Origin: Thermoanaerobaculia bacterium
GTDB lineage: Bacteria; Acidobacteriota; Thermoanaerobaculia; Multivoradales; JAGPDF01
Length of the DNA stretch: 64,000 nucleotides
Assembly (NCBI GenBank): GCA_963806165.1
Contig: CAWDWZ010000007.1
Span: 1-64,000 of the forward strand
Direction: 5' to 3'
The notes beneath the pieces are model-generated. The model was not told where the DNA came from, did no database searches, and saw only the letters and a list, made by a program, of their open reading frames with translations. Position numbers and translations under genes: made by a program. Below, one piece after another: positions 56,901 through 64,000 of the stretch; position 1 is the first letter of the stretch; each line of letters opens with the position of its first letter.

Positions 56901-58379
56901 GGGATGAGATCAGTCGCGTCGAGGCGATACTGTTCCGGAAGTGCTGTCAGTCTGGACGGACGGTTCCAGACCTTGCCGCTCAATCGCTGGCGCCGAGGCG
57001 GTGGTACATTGGGCATGGAGCCTTAGCTCCATGAAGCTCACCGCTGGTACCCGTCTGGACCGTACGAAGATTACGGCGCTGTGGCGGGGGAGGTGGTCGG
57101 CGGTCGACGAACCGCGGCTGGCTGGTGATGCCTGGCGATGAAGGTCCTGCTGGAAGCGTTGGCAATGATCTGGAACGGTGGCGGTGCTCCAGCGAGGGGC
57201 GAAAGCAGTTGCTCGCCCTCAACGATCTGAAAGATCGCCACGGTGCACTCAGTCGACGAGATCGGTGGCGCGGCGCTTCTCTAACCATGGAAGTGGTGGA
57301 AGGGAAGACGTGGCTCAGTCATTCTGGGAGCGGGGCGACCGGAGCCGCGCCGCCGAAGGCGATCTGCGACCGACGGCGCCCGCCTCGAACGCGCGCGGAG
57401 TCATCTCGATCCTGAGACTTCAACCTGAGTCACGGTCATCCGCCGAGGGGCGGGGTCAAGGGCGCCGTCGCCCTCGCCAAAACGACGCGGAGAGTGCCCT
57501 GGCGCCGACCCTGACCCCACCCTCACGGCGGGGCGACCTGTGCCGGCCAGATCGGACCCGGCGACATGTCCCCGAGCAGGCCCAGGGCCGCAGCGGTCAA
57601 CCGCGCTCGGACCTCTTCGCTCGGCGGGCACCTGCTTACTCGAGATGGCGACCGGCAGGCGGGCCTGTTCACCGGCGAGAGCCAGGCGGCGGTGATCTCG
57701 GCGATCTGGCGTGACGTGCTCTTCGCTGTCAGCGACGTCAACCGGACCTTGCTGGTTGGCTGGTCGTGCACCGTCCAGCGCCGCCTGCAGAAGGCAGCCG
57801 AGAAGCGCGGCTCACGCTGGAGAGGGACGTACGGGTGCTGCTGGCGCTGCAGGAGGTCGCCGCATCGCCGCGCGCGGCTTTGTGGAAGGAACGACAGCCA
57901 TCGCGGCCGACGCTGGTCGCGGCCGTTGCCGTCGCCAGCCGGCCTGGAATTTTTTTTCGTGCGCGATGGTCCGGCCGCCGAGCCGAAGATCGGCGTTCGT
58001 CGGAAGGTGGAAGAGTTCACCAGGCGGTGGCGCTGATCGCAGGCTTGGTCGCCTCCGCCATACCGATGCCAGAACTCGGTCGAAGTGACTGGGGAGGCCG
58101 ACGGCGATCCATACCTCAGGCGGCCCAGGTTCTGATCGGCGAACAAGGGCTGAATCCTGGAAGCCTGGAACAGCGTCGGCAAGACGCCGCCGAGAAGATC
58201 CGCGTGCCGTTGACCCAGACTCCTCCGGATCGACAGCCCAGGTACGCTTCGGCGATCCTAGATCCGCCCACGATGGAGCGGCACGTCGACATCCATTCGA
58301 AGGAGAGTGTTCCACCGGAAATGATTCCCGAATCCCCTGAGCTCGGTCGGGTCCAGCGTCTTCTTCACCGTCAACACTC

Positions 58380-60416
58380 TTCCGGGAAGCGGGCGCGAAC
58401 TTTGGATCTCCGACGGTACGGCGGGCGGAACCCTGCAGGTCAAGGACATCCGTCCCGGCCAGTTGGGCTCGGCTCCGTTCCTCTTCACGCCGGTCGGTTC
58501 GACGCTTTACTTCGTCGCCAACGACGGCGCCAACGGGAGCGAGCTTTGGAAGTCCGACGGCACCGAAGTCGGTACGGTGATGGTCAAGAACAACCCCCGG
58601 AAGCGCCTCGTCGTCGCCCAGCGACCTGGTGGCGGTCGGCGCGACGCTCTACTTCGTCGCGACCGACGGTACGACCGGGCGCGAGGTCTGGAGATCCGAC
58701 GGTACTCCGGCGGCACCGTTCCGGTCGCCGACCTGGTGCTCGGAGCGGCTTCGAGCTCACCCTCCCGTCTGCTCGCGCTGGGCTCGAATCTCGTTTTGTT
58801 CGCCAACGACGGCGTGCACGGGCTCGAGCCCTGGATCTCTGACGGGAGCGGGCCCGGAACGTCGATGATCTCCGACTTCAACCCCGGCAGCGCCAACGGC
58901 GTGGACGCGACCCTCGTTCCGAGAGTGGTCGGGGGCGCGCTCTATCTGGCGATCGACACCGGTGCGTCGGGGTTCGATCCGTGGGTTTCGGACGGGACCG
59001 TCGGCGGGAGCTCGATAATCGCGGATCTGGCGGTCGGCGAGGGTGACGGCCGATTGCCTTCCTTCGAATCGTTTTCGGCGCCGCTCGGCAGCGGCAGCGA
59101 GTTGGTCTCGATCACGAACGTCGCTGTCTTCCCCGGCTTCGAGCCGGCGACGGGTTGGGAGCTCTGGCGGACCGACGGGACGCCGGCGGGCACGACGCTG
59201 CTCTCCGACCTTCGACCTGGAGCGGCATCCTCGTCCCCTGGCGGCTGACGCGCGTAGGAAACCGCGTCTATTTCTTCGCCAACGACGGCACGAACGGGCA
59301 GGAGCTCTGGGTTACGGACGGAACCGCGTTGGGCACCGTGCTGGTCGCCGATCTCGCCGCTGGTGATCTCGGGTTGAACTATGAGTACCAGCCCCCCTCG
59401 CCCTATTTTCGCGGCAAAGATGCCGTCGGCGCTGTCGACGATCAGCTCCTCTTCATGGCCAACGCGGGTGCGGGGCCGCGTCTGCTGGAATACCGACGGC
59501 ACCCCGGCGGGCACCGCGGCTCTGGCGGCGGCGACCGCCTTCGGGGGCAACTCTGGAATCGGGATCCTCGGCGGCCTCGCCTACTTCCTCGAGAAAGCGC
59601 GCGTCGTTCGATCTGTGGAAATCGGACGGTACTTCCGGCGGGACGACGCTCGCCGTGCCCAACAGCGCTACGCTGGATTTCGGCGGGGAGGGCCCGTTCG
59701 TGCGCGCTGGGCAGCGGCTCTATTTCGATGCCAGTGCCGACATCGGTTCGGGCCTCGACTTCGGATTGCTGACCTCGGACGGAACGGTGGGAGGCACAAC
59801 GGGGGGACGTATCGCTCCCGCGGACACGGAGTATCGCACCGCCTTGGGCGACCGGCTGGTGTTCGCGCACCAGGACGGCACGCACGGTTACGAGCCCTGG
59901 ATCACCGACGGCTCGCCAGGCGGCTCCTCGCTCGTCGCCGACATCCTGCCGGGCCTCGCGAGCTCGTCGCCGCAGTCGTTCATCGAGCTCGGCGGCGTGC
60001 TCTTTTTCGCCGCGGACAACGGCGCGACCGGTGTCGAGCTCTGGCGGACCGACGGCACGGGTCCCGGGACACAACTCTTTCTGGATATCGCCCCGGGAGC
60101 GGCCGACTCGTACCCGCGCTGTCTGACGGAGATCGGCGGCATCCTCTATTTCGCCGCCTACCGGCCCGGCGAGGTGTCGGAGCTCTGGCGAACGGACGGC
60201 ACGGTGGTCGGCACCGAGCTCGTCGCAGATCTCGCGACCGGCGACGGCTCGTCGTCGCCGTGCGGCTTCGCGCGCGTCGGGGACAAAGTGGTCTTCACCG
60301 CCTGGGATGCGACCTTCGGCCGCGAGCTGCGCGTCATCGACGACCTCGGGCAGGTACTTCTTCCGAGCTCCTTCGAAGACGGAACGTTCGGCGACTGGAG
60401 CCTGTTCGTGCAGTAG
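58380..60416 (+). pseudogene. ELWxxDGT-repeat beta-propeller protein with >=6 frameshifts; ends in the shared tail (SSFEDGTFGDWSLFVQ)
   Basis: About 10 repeats of ...L(Y/F)F.A.DG..G.ELW.(S/T)DGT..GT.LV.D(I/L).PG..(S/G)S.P... distributed over ORFs 58463-, 58629-, 59155-, 59381-, 59655-60416. Confidence 0.5.
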
Positions 60417-60566
60417 CTGGAGTCGAGCGAAGTGTCGCTCAGAACTCGAAGCCCTGGCCGACTTCGAAGCGCCGCGGGGTCTGCCACTCAGGGGGATCGG
60501 TGAAGCTGTAGCCGCCGCAGCCGTGAGTGTCTTCGCAGACGCCGACCGCCGTAGATGACCCGGCGC

Positions 60567-61766
60567 CTAGGGCGCCGTTGCTGACCAAGCGCCGAGGTTG
60601 GCGTCCTCGAAGTCGTCGGCGAAGAGAGTTCCCATCCAGAAGGCGCGCACGCGGGTGACGCCGGCGAGGGTGACTTCGAAGGTCCAGCGGCCGGCGGCGC
60701 CGCCGCCGAAGCCGGGGTTGCTCCACGAGACGTAGGCGGCGTTGTACTCCTGGGTCGCGGTGTAGTTGGTGGACTGGTAGGTCGTGCCGTTCGGCCGGCG
60801 GACGACGAAGGCGAGCAGGAAGGCCGGTGTCAGGTCGCGCACGTAGGCGCGGAAGTAGATCGGATCGCCGTTCACGAACAGGCGCTTCTCGTTGGGGGTC
60901 TCCTGCCCCGGGCAGGTCGGAATGATCGGCGCGGCGAAGCCGGTCGACGCATGGTTGATCGTCGGCTGGCGGTAGGCCGGCTGTTGGGCCCAGAGACTCT
61001 CGAGGGTGAGCGTTTCGCAGAGTCCGTCGTAGGGATCGAGCAGCGGCCCCGGGTAGGTCCCCGAGTCGTGGACCTCGAAGTGGAGGTGAGGTCCGGTCGA
61101 CGAGCCGGAGCTCCCGACGATGCCCAGATACTCGCCGGTCACGACCGTCTCGCCGACCTGCTTCGGCGTCACCGAGCCGTTCTTGAAGTGGCCGTAGATC
61201 GCGGTCGATCCGTCCGCATGCTGGATCACGATCAGATTCGCGTTGCCGCCGCCTGCCACGCAGCTGCGGTCGGAGTTGCCATCGTCGCGCACCAGGATCG
61301 TCCCGGGCGCGGCGGCGAGCGCTTGCAGCCGGAAAAGATCCATCGACAGCCAACCGTAGGGCCAGGTGAAGATGTCGGTGCCGTGATGCTGGTCGTAAGT
61401 GCGCGCGCCGCAGTTCCAGTCGAGAATCGGCCCGACTGCGCTGTCCTGATCGACGAACGCCGAAGTTCCCCAGTGCGAGAAGTAGCCGATGCCGGCGCTC
61501 GCGAGCGGCCAGGCGAAGGTCGTGGCGATCCGTGGGTCCGGCAGAGGCAGGAGCCCCGCGGCGGAGAGTCGCGCTCTGGCCGCCTCGATCCGCGCCGCGA
61601 GCTGCGCCTCGTCGGCGGGAGAGAAGCTGTCACGCGGCGCGGCGACCTCGCCGCTCATTGTGAGCTCGAAGGTGTCGGTAGGCTCCGCTTTCTGCGCCAG
61701 CGTCGAGTGCGCGAGTCCCCCGACTCCGAGCAAGAAGAAAATCGCGGTCCGGCGCGGTGCGCGCAT
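60567..61766 (-). CDS. Secreted M23-family (LytM-like) peptidase ending in the shared tail (LFADDFEDANLGAWSATAP)
   Basis: Signal peptide MRAPRRTAIFFLLGVGGLAHSTLA. M23 motifs HHGTDI and GSSGSSTGPHLHFEV. Confidence 0.75.
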   Translation of the reverse strand: MRAPRRTAIFFLLGVGGLAHSTLAQKAEPTDTFELTMSGEVAAPRDSFSPADEAQLAARIEAARARLSAAGLLPLPDPRIATTFAWPLASAGIGYFSHWGTSAFVDQDSAVGPILDWNCGARTYDQHHGTDIFTWPYGWLSMDLFRLQALAAAPGTILVRDDGNSDRSCVAGGGNANLIVIQHADGSTAIYGHFKNGSVTPKQVGETVVTGEYLGIVGSSGSSTGPHLHFEVHDSGTYPGPLLDPYDGLCETLTLESLWAQQPAYRQPTINHASTGFAAPIIPTCPGQETPNEKRLFVNGDPIYFRAYVRDLTPAFLLAFVVRRPNGTTYQSTNYTATQEYNAAYVSWSNPGFGGGAAGRWTFEVTLAGVTRVRAFWMGTLFADDFEDANLGAWSATAP

Positions 61767-61794
61767 CGCGACCGCAGCCTATCCGAACCCAGCG

Positions 61795-63239
<1,445 letters not shown>

Positions 63240-63243
<4 letters not shown>

Positions 63244-64000
63244 GACGGCACCTCCGTCCTGCGGGCGCTGGGACCCGGGGATCCGCTCCCATGGATGGCG
63301 TCGACGATCTCCTCGACCGACGGCAGGGAGCCGCCGAGCCGGCGCACCGATTCGATGCGCGGCGGAGCGACTCCGGCGTGCGAGAGCGCGAGCCGGAGCT
63401 CGTCCTCGAGCTGGCCGGCGCTCGCTTCGACCACGACCAGTCGCTGGGTGTGCCGGAGCAGGGGCAGGAGCGGGCGGATCGGGAACGGCCAGAGGGTCAC
63501 CGGCCGGAAGAGACCGGCGCGCACGCCTTGCGCCCGCAGCCGTTCGACGGCGCCCTTGGCCATCCGCGCCGGCGTATTGCACGCGACCAGGAGAAGCTCG
63601 GCGTCGCGGGTGCGGTAGCGCTCGGCGCGCTCTTCGTCCTTCTGCATCTGCCGGTACTTGTCGAGCAGGTGCAGGTTGTGCGCTTCGAGGTCGGTCTCGC
63701 TCAGATAAACCGAGGTGACCAGATTGTGCCGGTGGGCGCGGTCGCCGGTGACGGCCCAGCCGGGCACGCCCGGGCAGACGAAGAAGGGCGGCAGATCGAT
63801 CTTGCCGGTCATCTGCCCGAGAAAGCCGTCGGCCAGCAGCACGACGGGATTGCGGTACTTGAGAGCGAGCTCGAAGGCGAGCATGGTGAGGTCGAGCATC
63901 TCCTGCGGCGACGCCGGCGCGAGGACGATGGCATGGGTCTCGCCGTGCCCGAGGCCGCGACAGGCGAGCTTGATGTCCGACTGCTCGGGCGCGATGTTGC
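63240..64000 (-). CDS. korA: 2-oxoacid:ferredoxin oxidoreductase alpha subunit, C-terminal part (5' end lies beyond the window)
   Basis: ...PVVLLADGFLGQMTGKIDLP...VEASAGQLEDELRLALSHAG... overlaps korB start by 4 nt. The ORF runs off the window end. Confidence 0.65.

Overview
This window looks like an assembly chimera. Positions 1-~1858 carry part of a low-GC Firmicutes rRNA operon: tRNA-Gly(TCC), a 5S rRNA, an AT-rich spacer and a 16S rRNA of Peptostreptococcaceae / Clostridium cluster XI type that lacks its last ~60 nt. At ~1858 the sequence switches abruptly to ~65-70% GC chromosome from an unrelated bacterium. Gene content there (DUF1554, ELWxxDGT repeats, CarbopepD_reg/TonB receptor remnants, PEP-CTERM-like tail, multiheme cytochrome, Ser/Thr kinase-TPR) suggests a Myxococcota/Acidobacteriota-like organism, but I cannot determine the phylum. 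The high-GC part contains the following.

(i) A defense island: a 5'-truncated hsdR, an AIPR abortive-infection protein, an EVE/PUA-like-HNH nuclease and a RhuM-Fic/Doc protein.
(ii) A dense, mostly co-oriented array of type II toxin-antitoxin cassettes: HigB2/HigA2, ParD-like antitoxin with a truncated ParE, MNT/HEPN, HicB-like, VapBC, MNT/HepT, RelE/AbrB and BrnTA. The cassettes are interleaved with two related families of palindromic intergenic repeats and with gene remnants.
(iii) Many secreted proteins. At least six unrelated ones share a ~20-aa C-terminal motif, ..(L/I)F(L/A)DGFE.G....W(S/T)..., that I do not recognise as a described sorting signal.
(iv) An ECF sigma / anti-sigma / PrsW cluster next to an RsbW-RsbV-like partner-switching pair and an FHA-GAF-PP2C phosphatase.
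(v) A multiheme cytochrome c, DoxX, NmrA, an M23 peptidase and korAB-type 2-oxoacid:ferredoxin oxidoreductase genes.

A striking number of otherwise good genes are split by single frameshifts (hsdR, HepT, BrnT, PaaI thioesterase, a beta-helix protein, PrsW, a 27-bp-repeat protein, a large HExxH/beta-propeller protein, the ELWxxDGT protein). This points to uncorrected indel errors in the assembly rather than wholesale pseudogenisation. Many long ORFs in the six-frame track, especially antisense ones, are high-GC artefacts and were not called.
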